DNA of 63,851 nucleotides from a virus (Duplodnaviria; Caudoviricetes): IMG/VR virus record IMGVR_UViG_3300024423_000001, positions 1 to 63,851 of that record; one strand, 5' to 3'. Shown piece by piece: positions 38,401 to 47,811 of this stretch (position 1 is its first letter; each line of letters starts with the position of its first letter). The notes under the pieces were generated by a model. It saw only the letters and a program-made list of their open reading frames with translations, ran no database searches and was not told where the DNA came from. The position numbers and the translations under genes were made by a program.

Positions 38401-38421
38401 ATAACGGCGTTCCGATCATAG
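37717..38421 (+). CDS. Intron-encoded HNH homing endonuclease (HTH, NUMOD3-like motifs, HNH)
   Basis: CQVCG…VHHLDGNKQN…NLITLCNSCH; GRNNPNWRG. Confidence 0.92.
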   Translation: MRRIELDSGEIEFLYTRCGFTKREIAQRLGVSFSTIKRAFQRFGILTNPHYRRRPKKSRRISEVASKRMKERWELERDRMLEVARQASTFYKGRAPWNKDLSKEVSAKVKLAALKRSIRMGPVYISEEYRQKRSEAAKGRNNPNWRGDISCLPYDPCFNNDLKRKIKERDGYRCQVCGVTEEESLARGHGYLVVHHLDGNKQNSDPQNLITLCNSCHTRWHRSHSREQITAFRS

Positions 38422-38654
38422 CCAGCCGACACGTACAGAATGACGGTGCAGGTACGTTGTCTCGGATATACATACTGGATACTGACTATCTGGCATGGCG
38501 AGTGCTTAGACCAACGCTCTACTTCGAGGCTGGTATACGGACAGGCGATCCGTTTGTGACCAACAACTTCGCGCAGAAGGGTATGTACACCACGGTGGGC
38601 AACCTGATCTGTCGCAGGTTCAACGTTCAGGCGAAGATAACTCACATAATGTGA
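38401..38654 (+). CDS. Major capsid protein, exon 2 (spliced protein 372 aa)
   Basis: (Y)NGVPIIASRHV…IYILDTDYL…GNLICRRFNVQAKI, an HK97-like C-terminus. Confidence 0.88.
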
Positions 38655-38665
38655 TCTTCGGAACT

Positions 38666-38926
38666 ATGACGACACATAAGGTCAAGATCGAATGGCAGGG
38701 TCAGCGACACACTACTCGGCTACAGACGGAGAATGGTGAGGTCATCTTGTTTAAAGGTGTGCCTGTGGAGGTCGTGCTGACGTTTGGACAGATTCAGGAA
38801 CTTATGAGGTCTGGAAATTTCAGAATTTACGATACGGATCTAGTCGAGGAGGAGAAGATACCGCCGAAGCCGAAGGTTCGACGCAAGAAGGTCTCTATTC
38901 GGAGCGGTAGGATAGTTCAGAGTTGA
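38666..38926 (+). CDS. Hypothetical virion-module protein
   Basis: Follows the capsid gene. Confidence 0.55.
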   Translation: MTTHKVKIEWQGQRHTTRLQTENGEVILFKGVPVEVVLTFGQIQELMRSGNFRIYDTDLVEEEKIPPKPKVRRKKVSIRSGRIVQS

Positions 38927-38979
38927 TGTTTCTGAAGTGGGTGGATGTTGTGGTGGTTCTTGATCCGAGGTGATGTGAT

Positions 38980-39318
38980 ATGCCTGAAGAATTAGAACGA
39001 GTCAAGAGATTGATTGTTGCGAATAGGAGTAGGCATGGGTCGGTCTACATAACAGAGCGGAAGGAAGGTCAAAGAGTTGAGACACTGGTGGCGTTTGATC
39101 AAGTCAATCTAAGCGGTACGAGTACAGAAGTCTTCATTAACAACCTTAAGAATCCTAAGGTCGTGGTAGCGATGCCAAGTGGAGGAGCAGCCGGTGACAT
39201 TCGGTGGGAGGTTAATACTTCAGCAGGTGGACAAACTCCCTCCGGAACTTACATTACACTCGCTCACGACAACGTGACTAACCGGAAGTGTTCGATTATT
39301 GCGATAGGTGAGCAGTGA
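38980..39318 (+). CDS. Hypothetical virion protein (possible decoration protein)
   Basis: GAGGTGA RBS; beta-rich. Confidence 0.6.
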   Translation: MPEELERVKRLIVANRSRHGSVYITERKEGQRVETLVAFDQVNLSGTSTEVFINNLKNPKVVVAMPSGGAAGDIRWEVNTSAGGQTPSGTYITLAHDNVTNRKCSIIAIGEQ

Positions 39319-39494
39319 TGAACAGGCGGCAGCTTAGGCGGTTATTGGAAAATAATAACGATCCACCGTTGGAGGAGGTTGTTCGGAGACACTCATTGGC
39401 AATTATTCAGCTGATGACCGACATGAATTGGGTTAAGGCTCTGTTGCTGGCTGTGTTAAGCTTCGTGTTGGGTTTGTACTTTAGAGGCTTATGA
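39318..39494 (+). CDS. Small protein with C-terminal TM helix (58 aa)
   Basis: …MNWVKALLLAVLSFVLGLYFRGL; overlaps both neighbours. Confidence 0.55.
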   Translation: MNRRQLRRLLENNNDPPLEEVVRRHSLAIIQLMTDMNWVKALLLAVLSFVLGLYFRGL

Positions 39495-40537
39495 ATATTG
39501 TGAGTCAATTCAATCCAAGATTTGAAACCGGGATAAGTCGGCAAACGTACTACATTCTGCAGTATCTAGAGAAGTTAGATTACCAGGTTAGTTTGTTTAC
39601 GTGGGAGCCGCAGTTTCGTCAACCATTTCGCTGGCATCGGTGGGTCGTCTTTCCGGTATCGTATTTGCCAATTCGAGCAGAGGATGCGCCAATATTCTAT
39701 TACGGCGAGTACTGGTCGATGCCGGTTCGAGAGTTTGATAGGTTAAATCTACCTGTGTTCTGGTATGCTCCGCTTGACTCCGATCGATTGCCGGAGGATT
39801 GGTGGGGTGCAGCAGTGGTTCCTGATGTCATAGTTCCATTCACAAGGTTTGCGCATGATCTGCTTATCGGTGAAGTCTCGAACAGGTTTGAGTGTAGCGG
39901 ACCAGTAGTTTGGGATGCGATTCCGCATACAGTTGTAGTAGCGGACAGTGATGCTCGTGAGGAGTGGTCAGATGAAGAAATCCATGTCGGTGCGGTCTTG
40001 AGGCCTCAGATGAGAAAGAATCCTTGCGGTCTGCTGGCAGCGCTTCGGGAACTTCGATTATCAAATCTGAAGGTTCACGTGGTGTCCGAAGATCAATTCG
40101 GTGAGATCAATTTGCCTTCGCTCTGTGCTACCTTCGGACTGGACTGTGAAATTCGGAGCGGGTTGAGTCCACTTGAGATGCGGAGGTTCTATAATTCGAT
40201 CGATATGTACGTTTCGTTCTCGATGGGCGAAGGATTCGATCTCGGGTTGGCTGAGGCGCTCAAGTGTCGTAAGTGTGTGCTCGTGCCTGACCTCTTCACT
40301 GCTCGTGAGTTCGGTGTACCGGAAGAGCATCGAGTCAGATGTCGAGAATTTAAGTTGCCTACGAAGAGTCGCTGGTGGGTTGCGGACATTGACGATTTTG
40401 TCCGAAAGTTCAGAAATCTAATGCGGCACGGGTTTCCTGCTGTTGAGGTTGATATGAGCAGATATGAGCCTCGGGTTGTAGGTCCACTCTGGCAGGACTT
40501 CTTTGAAAATGCGGAGGAAGTCGCACGATGCGTTTGA
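39491..40537 (+). CDS. GT-B (GT4-like) glycosyltransferase
   Basis: TGISRQ, RKN, YNSIDMYV..S.GEGFDL..AEA. Confidence 0.82.
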   Translation: MNIVSQFNPRFETGISRQTYYILQYLEKLDYQVSLFTWEPQFRQPFRWHRWVVFPVSYLPIRAEDAPIFYYGEYWSMPVREFDRLNLPVFWYAPLDSDRLPEDWWGAAVVPDVIVPFTRFAHDLLIGEVSNRFECSGPVVWDAIPHTVVVADSDAREEWSDEEIHVGAVLRPQMRKNPCGLLAALRELRLSNLKVHVVSEDQFGEINLPSLCATFGLDCEIRSGLSPLEMRRFYNSIDMYVSFSMGEGFDLGLAEALKCRKCVLVPDLFTAREFGVPEEHRVRCREFKLPTKSRWWVADIDDFVRKFRNLMRHGFPAVEVDMSRYEPRVVGPLWQDFFENAEEVARCV

Positions 40538-41523
40538 AACTCGGTGTGGTGTCATCGTTTCCGAATCCGGTATGTGGAATCGCAAGGCATACGGAGAATC
40601 TATGTAACTACCTTCAGCGGGACTTTGATCTCTACATGCTTCAGAACTTGCCATACCAGAAGAAGTGGTCGGGTTGCCTTGCATGGCAGTCAAACCGGTG
40701 GCTGATCAAGAATATTGATGTGGATATTCTGTGGATTCAGCATGAGCCAGGACTTCAGATTCCGCTTGAGGAACTTTCACAGTTCGTTAATATACCAAGA
40801 GTCGTGACATTACATCAGGTCTTTGAGGGTGAGAATCATATTAAGGCTGATTATGCAGTAGTCTACTTCTCCGAGCTGGCAGATGGGGATAGGATACGAT
40901 ACATTCCTCACGGCTGTCGGGACCTGAGTTTCAGAATATCGAAGGAGGAGGCGAAGAATATCTTGGGTCTGCCTGATAAGACTATTATCGTTTCGACGGG
41001 TCGGATCGAAGTGCGACGGCAGTTTGAGTCTCTCCTGCCTATCTTTGCTCGACACAGGAGTATGGAGTTCTACTTCGTAGGAGCAATTCCCGATACAGAC
41101 TACTGGTTATTCAGGCGCTATCTGCGGAGGCTGGAATCTCAGGCGCCTGAGAATGTTCATTTCGTTGTTGGCTATCCAGTTCCGCAGTATCTCTTAGATC
41201 TCTATTGTCAGGCAGCGGATTATTTGCTGTGGAACAACGTGCCGACGCATTATTCCGTGTCGGGTGCGATGCAGGCAACCTTCGAGTTTAACAAACTTGC
41301 ATTAACACCAGTTGGAGTCAGACTCTTCAGCTATCTAACAGATGAGAATTCGTTTAAGTTCTATTCGTTGAATCATCTGGACAAACTGCTCAGTGACTTG
41401 CATGATGATCCGGAGAGGCGGCTGAGATTAGCCGAGGACTTTCAACGTTATAAGTTTCCAACAGTCGCAAAGATGTATAGAGACCTATTTATCGAGGCGT
41501 ATGAGGAACAAGCCACTAACTGA
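40528..41523 (+). CDS. GT-B (GT4-like) glycosyltransferase
   Basis: CGIARHT, IQHE, VTLH, IPHG, AAD…VSGA. Confidence 0.8.
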   Translation: MRLKLGVVSSFPNPVCGIARHTENLCNYLQRDFDLYMLQNLPYQKKWSGCLAWQSNRWLIKNIDVDILWIQHEPGLQIPLEELSQFVNIPRVVTLHQVFEGENHIKADYAVVYFSELADGDRIRYIPHGCRDLSFRISKEEAKNILGLPDKTIIVSTGRIEVRRQFESLLPIFARHRSMEFYFVGAIPDTDYWLFRRYLRRLESQAPENVHFVVGYPVPQYLLDLYCQAADYLLWNNVPTHYSVSGAMQATFEFNKLALTPVGVRLFSYLTDENSFKFYSLNHLDKLLSDLHDDPERRLRLAEDFQRYKFPTVAKMYRDLFIEAYEEQATN

Positions 41524-42121
41524 ATCGGAGTGGCAGCAGCTTTACGGTGGTCGTGATCAGCCCTGGGACGGTTGGCAGACGATCATATCAGTGCTTGACT
41601 CGATCCTCGACTATGACTCAGTGCTCGATGTTGGTGCAGGTCGTGGAGACTTTCTCTACTATGCGGAACGGGCAGGTCATGAATGTGTCGGATTGGATAT
41701 ATCAGAATGGTGTGCTGAGCATAAGTTTTGCAACGCACCGATCTTGATAGGTGATGCGTCGAGGTTGCCATTCGAAGATCAGTCGTTTGATCTGGTGGCT
41801 GCCTTCGATCTTCCTGAGCATCTCGAGCCTGATCAGCTGGTTCAGTTCTTAGAGGAGTGTCGTCGAGTAGCAAGACGATATGTGATTTTGCTTCCTTCGC
41901 CGATTGAGGAATCCGACGTTGAGGCAATCCGACCAGCCAGTGAGGATGTCGCGGGTCATGTGGTTTATTGGTATCCAGACAAATGGCTTCAAGTGGTATG
42001 GCGAGAGCTAGGGCTGGAATTCAGATTCATGCAGCGAGCGGTTATCGATTTCCATAAGCGGATGAATGTGCTCGGGACTCCTCTCTTTAACTGGAGGCTA
42101 CTGCTTATTTTAGGACGATGA
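41501..42121 (+). CDS. Class I SAM-dependent methyltransferase
   Basis: VLDVGAGRG, GLDIS, LPFEDQSFDLV. Confidence 0.9.
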   Translation: MRNKPLTESEWQQLYGGRDQPWDGWQTIISVLDSILDYDSVLDVGAGRGDFLYYAERAGHECVGLDISEWCAEHKFCNAPILIGDASRLPFEDQSFDLVAAFDLPEHLEPDQLVQFLEECRRVARRYVILLPSPIEESDVEAIRPASEDVAGHVVYWYPDKWLQVVWRELGLEFRFMQRAVIDFHKRMNVLGTPLFNWRLLLILGR

Positions 42122-42732
42122 TAGAGGAGATTCTTAGATACTTCGGATCTCGTTGTATGATTCGAGAGGATGATGCTCGGTTACTATACGGATTAGCGAG
42201 TCAAGTTTCCGGTGACATCCTTGAGATAGGTTCGATGCATGGGTGTTCAACATGTATTCTGGCTGCTGGTGTCAAGGCTAACGCTAACCGTGTCCAATTT
42301 ATTGCTATTGATCCTCAGACTCAGCTTGGCAATTCACCGACGGAGGAAGGCGATGTTGAGAACCTTTGGGAGTTGCATCCTGACTATCATCGTTATCCAC
42401 TGGCTACAAGTCCAGAGGCGTTAGAGAATCTTCGTCAGTTACGATTGTTGCCTTATGTGACCTTCATCGTGGGTTGGTCTGAACTTATAGGTGAGCGGTG
42501 GAATCCACAGCATTCGCTGAGGCTTATCTTCGTTGACGGTGACCATCGTTATTGGTTCGTCAAGCGAGATGTCGAGATCTGGACTCGCTATCTGGATGGT
42601 GGTGGCTATCTGATACTCCATGATATTGACATGCCAGGCGTTGCTGCTGTGAGGAAGGAGCTGTTGGAGACCGGAGACTATGAGGAGTCCCTGGGAACTC
42701 GACTCAGTTGTGTTCTAGTGAAATTGCGATAG
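42118..42732 (+). CDS. Class I SAM-dependent methyltransferase (Methyltransf_24-like)
   Basis: LEIGSMHGCS, IFVDGDH, GG.LILHD. Confidence 0.88.
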   Translation: MIEEILRYFGSRCMIREDDARLLYGLASQVSGDILEIGSMHGCSTCILAAGVKANANRVQFIAIDPQTQLGNSPTEEGDVENLWELHPDYHRYPLATSPEALENLRQLRLLPYVTFIVGWSELIGERWNPQHSLRLIFVDGDHRYWFVKRDVEIWTRYLDGGGYLILHDIDMPGVAAVRKELLETGDYEESLGTRLSCVLVKLR

Positions 42733-42847
42733 AGGCCAAATATGTGCGAGTAATGCAGAATTGCAGTGAGGATGATGAATAGTATAGGTAACTTGAGAAA
42801 ATTTCGATCTCGTTGAGATATGTGCGTCTGATGCGAAATTTAAGGCT

Positions 42848-43714
42848 ATGCTTGAGGTGCATATCATAACCAACCGTCCGGAACTTGACCGATTCCTTCG
42901 ATATTGGGAAGATGTGAAAGTGCCGGCGCCTACGATCATCAGAGTGCTGATGTTGGACTATGAGGAACAAGAGTTCGAACTCCAAGACGGGTTGAGGGTA
43001 GTTCTCCATAAACAGCAGACATTTCCCAAGACTACGTTCATGAACCAGGCATGGGCGCGTAATGAACTGCTCACGTATCTCGATGACACTAGCCGTTTTG
43101 TTTTGTTCTTCGATGATTGGCAGCGTCCGTCTGAGCGTCTGCTGGAAGAGCATCTCAAATATCTTAAGCTCGGTTATGGAGTCTGTGGTCGGAAGATTGA
43201 CTGTGATAAGGATGGATTCAACTGTGAAGATGACAAGAGGAATCGAGGCATCTTGAGGGTTGCTGACTACGGTATGTTCTGGACTGCGAACGCTTCGGCT
43301 CCATGCGAGCACATTGAGAGAGTTAATGGTTTTGATAATCGTTACAATGGCGGGACAGGTGGCGAGGATTACGATCTCGCGTTGAGGATGTCGAGGCTCG
43401 GTCTGAAGTTCGTATATAATCCAGAGGCGATTTCATATCATCATAATCATGATCACCTGAGTCCGCAGCGCCCTTCTCATGATCTTTCCGAGTTCAAATA
43501 TCTACCCGAGTATAGGCATTATGGCGACTGGCAAAGGATGGACTCGGAGCAATACGAGTTCTGGTGGGACGGTCCGGTCAAATACTTCAGGTGCCGTAAG
43601 TGTGGTGCCGTCGGGATCGTGGACTCAATCCAAGTCTACCAGTATAATCTACGTCATAATGTCATTGAGGTAGAGCATGGATTGAAGGAGGTCTTAGATG
43701 CGCGAAGAGGTTGA
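42848..43714 (+). CDS. GT-A (GT2/GT7-like) glycosyltransferase
   Basis: ARN, FFDD, VNGFDNRY.G..GEDYDL. Confidence 0.82.
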   Translation: MLEVHIITNRPELDRFLRYWEDVKVPAPTIIRVLMLDYEEQEFELQDGLRVVLHKQQTFPKTTFMNQAWARNELLTYLDDTSRFVLFFDDWQRPSERLLEEHLKYLKLGYGVCGRKIDCDKDGFNCEDDKRNRGILRVADYGMFWTANASAPCEHIERVNGFDNRYNGGTGGEDYDLALRMSRLGLKFVYNPEAISYHHNHDHLSPQRPSHDLSEFKYLPEYRHYGDWQRMDSEQYEFWWDGPVKYFRCRKCGAVGIVDSIQVYQYNLRHNVIEVEHGLKEVLDARRG

Positions 43715-43827
43715 TCTTGTGGACGAGGTCTCAGTTCAACTCATACGGGGCAGGCGAGGCAAACGAGCATTTCTGAACTGGTTGAATCAGAAGTTGGATT
43801 TGGATAGAAGGAAGAGGAGGTTGGGTA

Positions 43828-44277
43828 ATGGAGGCAAAGGAACGAAGAATAACAGTCAAGGGAAGAACAAGAATAACTCTCATAGGACCGGACGGAAGGG
43901 TTAAAGCGGTTCGTGAGGCTGAAAATCTCATAACTGATGCGGGATTCGATTACCTTTGTAGGCAGATAGGTGAGTCGGTCCAGCAGAGTATGCACTACTG
44001 TGCGATCGGGACAGGTTCGACGTCACCATCATCGGGAGATACGGCGCTGGAATCTGAAGTTGCTCGAGTGAGTGGAGTGTATTCGCATACAGCAGGGACT
44101 AAAGAGTTTACGAATCTTGCAACGTTCGGTGCTGGTGTTGGGACAGGTGAAATAAGAGAAGCGGGGTTGTTCAATGCCAGCAGTGGTGGGACGATGCTCA
44201 ATAGGCAGACGTTCGGTGTGATAACAAAGGGAGCGAATGACGTCCTCAAGATCGAATGGACGATCTCGTTGTCCTGA
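43828..44277 (+). CDS. Tail/fibre-associated structural protein (paralog of 52594-53103)
   Basis: NLITDAG…AIGTG…DTAL…EAGLFNA..GG.MLNR…ISLS. Confidence 0.7.
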   Translation: MEAKERRITVKGRTRITLIGPDGRVKAVREAENLITDAGFDYLCRQIGESVQQSMHYCAIGTGSTSPSSGDTALESEVARVSGVYSHTAGTKEFTNLATFGAGVGTGEIREAGLFNASSGGTMLNRQTFGVITKGANDVLKIEWTISLS

Positions 44278-44331
44278 TGAGCAAATAAATCAATTAGAAG
44301 GTTCAGTTATAGACTAATAGCTTACTTCCAA

Positions 44332-45015
44332 ATGGTTCGGATATTTACTTGTGATGAGCGAGATCGGATATGTCATCTTTACAGGTTAGGCTGGGGTCAG
44401 TCGCGGATTGCCAAATTGTTTGGATGCTCTCATAGTACGATCCGCAGAGTCTTAATAGAGGAACTCGGACAGCGGGAATTTGAGCGCATTGCTAAGACAC
44501 ATAATTGGTCACCTGGCTCGGGGCGAACACAATTTAGGACGGGGCATTCGGTTCCGTGCGAATGGATAAGGAAGCGAGTTGAAGTTGTTCGCGAACGGGG
44601 TTTCTCGGAGAGAGGTAGACGTCACATTAGCCAAGCACTTAGAGGCATCGAGCGCAGTGAAAAGTGGAAGGCTAAGCATCGAGGTGAACATCATTGGAAT
44701 TGGAAGGGTGGAGTCTCAAGAGGCAAGACTACACTTGACAGGTATGGTATGTCTCAGGATGAATGGAAGATCCTTGCACAGAAGATTCGCAAGCGCGACA
44801 ACTTTACTTGCCAGTGGTGTGGTTGCAAGCGAGCGACAGTAGTGCATCACATAGTTCCAGTCAGGGTTGGAGTTGATAATCATCCAGACAACTTGATCAC
44901 ATTGTGTCGGCGTTGTCATCCTGAGGTTGAGGCTCTGACAGAGGAATATCTTGAGCAAGCTCGGCATCCAATAGAGGTATTCTTCGACAGGTGGCAAAAT
45001 GGTCAACTTGTATAA
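44332..45015 (+). CDS. Free-standing HNH homing endonuclease
   Basis: HTH, GEHHWNWKGG, CQWCG…VHHI…NLITLCRRCH. Confidence 0.9.
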   Translation: MVRIFTCDERDRICHLYRLGWGQSRIAKLFGCSHSTIRRVLIEELGQREFERIAKTHNWSPGSGRTQFRTGHSVPCEWIRKRVEVVRERGFSERGRRHISQALRGIERSEKWKAKHRGEHHWNWKGGVSRGKTTLDRYGMSQDEWKILAQKIRKRDNFTCQWCGCKRATVVHHIVPVRVGVDNHPDNLITLCRRCHPEVEALTEEYLEQARHPIEVFFDRWQNGQLV

Positions 45016-46777
45016 GCCAATAGTCCGCGACGTGATCGGAGCACCGGTGGATAAATCAGGACTCGCAGACCAGCGGGTCCCAGAGTACTTTTCGCCTTCG
45101 GGTTCTTTTCATTTCTCGCAGGTAGGTCTTCACGACGGGGACATCTGTCGTTTACCGTCGGCGTCTGAGGGTCAAGTTCTCAAACGTGGTGCGACCCAGT
45201 GGGAAGCAGGCTCCGGTGCTGGCGGTGTGGAGGAGCAAGAGGGCGATCCTGTCATTGTAGCGCATCTTGCAGTCGGCAGTAACACGTCTTGGCAGTCCGG
45301 CTATGGGCTTGCGGTCTTCGGTAATTATGCTTATATGGCGCACCAGGCGGATGGTAAGATTTATGTCATTGATATTTCTAATCCTGAGTCACCGGTCAAG
45401 GTTGGTGAATTCACTCATGACGATTGGAGTGATCCACTGGACGGTCCGCGGTTTCCGGTATTCGATGGCAGGTATCTCGTTGTGGAGGGTCAGGGTTCGA
45501 GTAATGCGTTCTTTGTTCTCGATATGAAGAATCCCGCCTCGCCGCAAGTTCTTTATCATCCTTCGGAGATATTCGGTTGTGATCGAGGCTCCGAGTTCTT
45601 TGGTGAGCGATACGCTATCCGGGTTATTTCCGGTCACATTCGCATAATGGATTTCGCTGATCCAACATCACCGGAGGTTCTGAAGGACTACACTACGAAG
45701 ATGTCTGGGGCTCAACATGTATGGGTCGAATATCCTTATGCCTACGTTGTTCGGAGCGTAGGATCAAGTGAAGACGTGTTGGTGATTCTCGATATTACCG
45801 AGCTCGATAACCCGATCGAGGTTGGTAGCCTCCAACGTGGATCTAACTTTTCTGATAATGTCGAGGCCATTCAGGTCAAGGGCAGGTATGCCTTTATAGC
45901 AGATACAGGTGGGGATGCACTCGCCGTAGTTGATGTTAAAGACAAGACAAATCCGTCCTTTGTCTCCCATGTCGTGGATAGTACCAAACTCAACGCTATC
46001 AAGGGATTTGATATATCGGATCGTTATGCCTATTGTGCTGCGTCCGCTTATGATGGGGTGACGGTTGTGGATATTTCTGATCCTTCGAATATGACTATCG
46101 TCGGGTCAGTCTCAAGCTCAACTTACCTCGATGAGGCGGTGGACATCAAGGTTCAGGGTCGTTATGCTTACGTAACTTCGTTGAACTGCGGCTACTTCAC
46201 TGTCCTCAGGCTCAAAGGCTACAAGTTTCCGACAGCGCATGTTGGTGCTCTCTATGGAAGGCGAGCCTATATTGGTGAGCTACGGGTCGGAAGGTTGATC
46301 GCTCATGACGTTCATGAGCCGACGCCTTCAGGCGGTCTCAAAACCTTCAACGCTGACATCGATATGCAGGACCATAATGTTCTGCGTCCGGAGTGGATCT
46401 GGGCGGAGGATGCCGGTATTAAGTTTACGGATAAGAGATTAACGGGCTATGCTGAAGGCTATATATACTGGGCTGGTAGGGATCCTTCGGGAAAGTATGG
46501 TCTTTTTCCGGGTTGTTATGGCTATACTCCGGATAGGTCACTTGGGGCACCTGGTGGGACTGAGTGGCATGAAGCGTATATTGAGATAGTCAATGCAAAT
46601 AAGATTGAGCCGATTGGCAGTAGTGGGACGGAGTTGACGAAGCCACGCATTCCGAACTCGCCTCCATCATCTTCATCAGATTCCGGGCTTGCAGGTGAGA
46701 TAAGATACGATTCGAACTATCTTTATGTTTGTGTAGGGTCGAATCAGTGGAAGCGAGTGAGTTTATCGTCCTGGTAA
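44999..46777 (+). CDS. LVIVD-repeat beta-propeller virion/adhesin protein
   Basis: Repeated G.YAY…V.D.S.P..P; C-terminal GEIRYDSNYLYVCV…WKRV. Confidence 0.82.
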   Translation: MVNLYKPIVRDVIGAPVDKSGLADQRVPEYFSPSGSFHFSQVGLHDGDICRLPSASEGQVLKRGATQWEAGSGAGGVEEQEGDPVIVAHLAVGSNTSWQSGYGLAVFGNYAYMAHQADGKIYVIDISNPESPVKVGEFTHDDWSDPLDGPRFPVFDGRYLVVEGQGSSNAFFVLDMKNPASPQVLYHPSEIFGCDRGSEFFGERYAIRVISGHIRIMDFADPTSPEVLKDYTTKMSGAQHVWVEYPYAYVVRSVGSSEDVLVILDITELDNPIEVGSLQRGSNFSDNVEAIQVKGRYAFIADTGGDALAVVDVKDKTNPSFVSHVVDSTKLNAIKGFDISDRYAYCAASAYDGVTVVDISDPSNMTIVGSVSSSTYLDEAVDIKVQGRYAYVTSLNCGYFTVLRLKGYKFPTAHVGALYGRRAYIGELRVGRLIAHDVHEPTPSGGLKTFNADIDMQDHNVLRPEWIWAEDAGIKFTDKRLTGYAEGYIYWAGRDPSGKYGLFPGCYGYTPDRSLGAPGGTEWHEAYIEIVNANKIEPIGSSGTELTKPRIPNSPPSSSSDSGLAGEIRYDSNYLYVCVGSNQWKRVSLSSW

Positions 46778-46778
46778 G

Positions 46779-47288
46779 ATGATCCAGATTAATTGGGAGT
46801 ATATTCATGATGTAGCGCTTGACGGTGTCGGTAACATTAGCAGGTTGAACTCTGAGATGAGTGTCTCGAATTCTGACTGGGCAGTCTTCTCTTTCTACCT
46901 TGCGCGGACTGAAGTTGAAGAGGTTGTCTTTGCTGATCTTTATCTTAATGTCATAACTGCTCAGGCTTCGCAGGCATTGGATATAGGAAGGATGGACTAT
47001 TTAAATTCCAGCTATGACTGCTGGGCGCATTCGTGGGGTAATAGCAGATTCATCATCGAGGAGGAATCCTTCGGTTTGTATGTTGAGTCATCCAATGCAC
47101 TGCAGACGACGGGCGATCACTGGATTGAGCTAGGTTCACTTGCCTGCCGTGATGTTGAGACAATTCTGCGACAAGGTGGCTTCTTTGGGATCTTTCTTAA
47201 AGGCAATTCCGCTGATGAGGCTGTTGTGGCGTCGGTTGCTTATTCGAGTACTAACGCGAGGCCCAAATTAAGGATAAGGTACAGGTGA
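46779..47288 (+). CDS. Hypothetical virion protein
   Basis: C-terminal RPKLRIRY typical of beta-sandwich modules. Confidence 0.55.
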   Translation: MIQINWEYIHDVALDGVGNISRLNSEMSVSNSDWAVFSFYLARTEVEEVVFADLYLNVITAQASQALDIGRMDYLNSSYDCWAHSWGNSRFIIEEESFGLYVESSNALQTTGDHWIELGSLACRDVETILRQGGFFGIFLKGNSADEAVVASVAYSSTNARPKLRIRYR

Positions 47289-47289
47289 G

Positions 47290-47811
47290 ATGGCAGAGGT
47301 AAAGTTCAATTTCAGGGAGCATCTACCCGTCAGTACTGAGGTAAACACAAGGCCACCTCATCCGGTTGCGGGGACTCATTGGGCTTGGCGGTGGGTCTCA
47401 GATCCTGTCCGGCATCCTGATGGTAAGATGTGGTATGTCATGATAAAGGAGACTTCGCAGATCACACTCAGACCGGGTTATTCTAAAGGTGATTATTGGC
47501 GGATTTACGATCTTTCTGGCTTCGAGACTTCACTCAGCCCCGAGTCTATTGGATTTCCAGAGTTTGAAGGGGGACTTGCTCCGAAGACTCGTAGCGATGG
47601 CACTTACCTCGGTACATTTCTCTATTCTCGGATGATGCCTGAGCAACTAACGGGTGCTTACTGGCACACGACCGAGTCTAACTGGGTTACTAAGGTCTAT
47701 TCGTTGGATTATACGCTCCGGAGGTTTGAGGTCGTAGGCGAGGTCCCAGGCTTTCTTATACTTGCACTTGACTCGGATGGTAAGGAGCGTTGGTTGAAGG
47801 CTGAGCCATGA
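47290..47811 (+). CDS. Hypothetical protein
   Basis: GGTGA RBS. Confidence 0.6.
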   Translation: MAEVKFNFREHLPVSTEVNTRPPHPVAGTHWAWRWVSDPVRHPDGKMWYVMIKETSQITLRPGYSKGDYWRIYDLSGFETSLSPESIGFPEFEGGLAPKTRSDGTYLGTFLYSRMMPEQLTGAYWHTTESNWVTKVYSLDYTLRRFEVVGEVPGFLILALDSDGKERWLKAEP

